Origin: Anaerolineae bacterium
GTDB taxonomy: Bacteria > Chloroflexota > Anaerolineae > Aggregatilineales > UBA3940
Assembly (NCBI GenBank): GCA_034435035.1
Contig: DAOTXW010000060.1
Span: 1,586-65,585, forward strand
Direction of reading: 5' to 3'
Length of the DNA: 64,000 nucleotides
Shown here: positions 64,000 to 64,000 of the stretch, piece after piece
Numbering within the stretch: position 1 is the stretch's first letter
How the letters are laid out: each line of letters begins with the position of its first letter
The notes under the pieces: generated by a model
Database searches by the model: none
What the model was told of the DNA's origin: nothing
The model's input: the letters and a program-made list of their open reading frames with translations, nothing else
Translations under genes and position numbers: made by a program

Positions 64000-64000
64000 G

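Overview
GC-rich bacterial chromosomal window, roughly two-thirds G+C by eye. The gene content and domain architectures suggest a Chloroflexota-like organism, but that is inference and cannot be verified here. I support about 50 protein-coding genes. I found no rRNA, tRNA, CRISPR array, transposase or integrase. Most long ORFs that lie antisense to these genes look like high-GC artefacts.

Main blocks:
- 3-16540 (+): seven co-directional, tightly packed GAF-domain signalling paralogs. Six have no recognisable output domain. The array ends in a 1,863-aa hybrid histidine kinase.
- 16580-19351 (+): a threonine-synthase-like PLP enzyme fused to a receiver domain, followed by an EamA exporter.
- 19348-22345 (-): a hydrolase trio (MBL fold, LCAT-like lipase, alpha/beta hydrolase).
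- 22424-26712 (+): cysK-cysE behind a long leader, a promoter/terminator-bounded small RNA in front of greA, then lysS.
- 26799-32516: Cu chaperones (SCO, PCuAC), a patatin-like lipase, a LiaF/toastrack-like membrane protein, a redoxin, DedA, and an ICMT-family methyltransferase with a consensus promoter and palindromic operator in an AT-rich island.
- 32654-36125 (-): a secreted-protein operon built around a SipW-type signal peptidase fused to an FGE/SUMF1 domain. I rate this the most novel-looking locus.
- 36643-38067 (+): dnaA, without an adjacent dnaN and without canonical DnaA boxes that I can see.
- 38919-47722 (-): an eight-gene respiratory cluster. It combines cytochrome b carrying an extra CxxCH motif, subunit IV, Rieske, a NarI-like/HdrD-like fusion, SdhA, a TfrB-like SdhB-CCG fusion and an FrhB-like protein.
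- 47928-48834: a toxin-antitoxin cassette with a frameshifted toxin, bracketed by two copies of a ~75-bp palindromic repeat.
- 49371-51934 (-): a NarL-type two-component system plus a histidine-less GAF-DHp pseudo-kinase.
- 57390-63383 (+): a T-box leader upstream of an AlaX-like operon, followed by ileS.

All functional calls rest on motifs read directly from the translations. None has been checked against a database.
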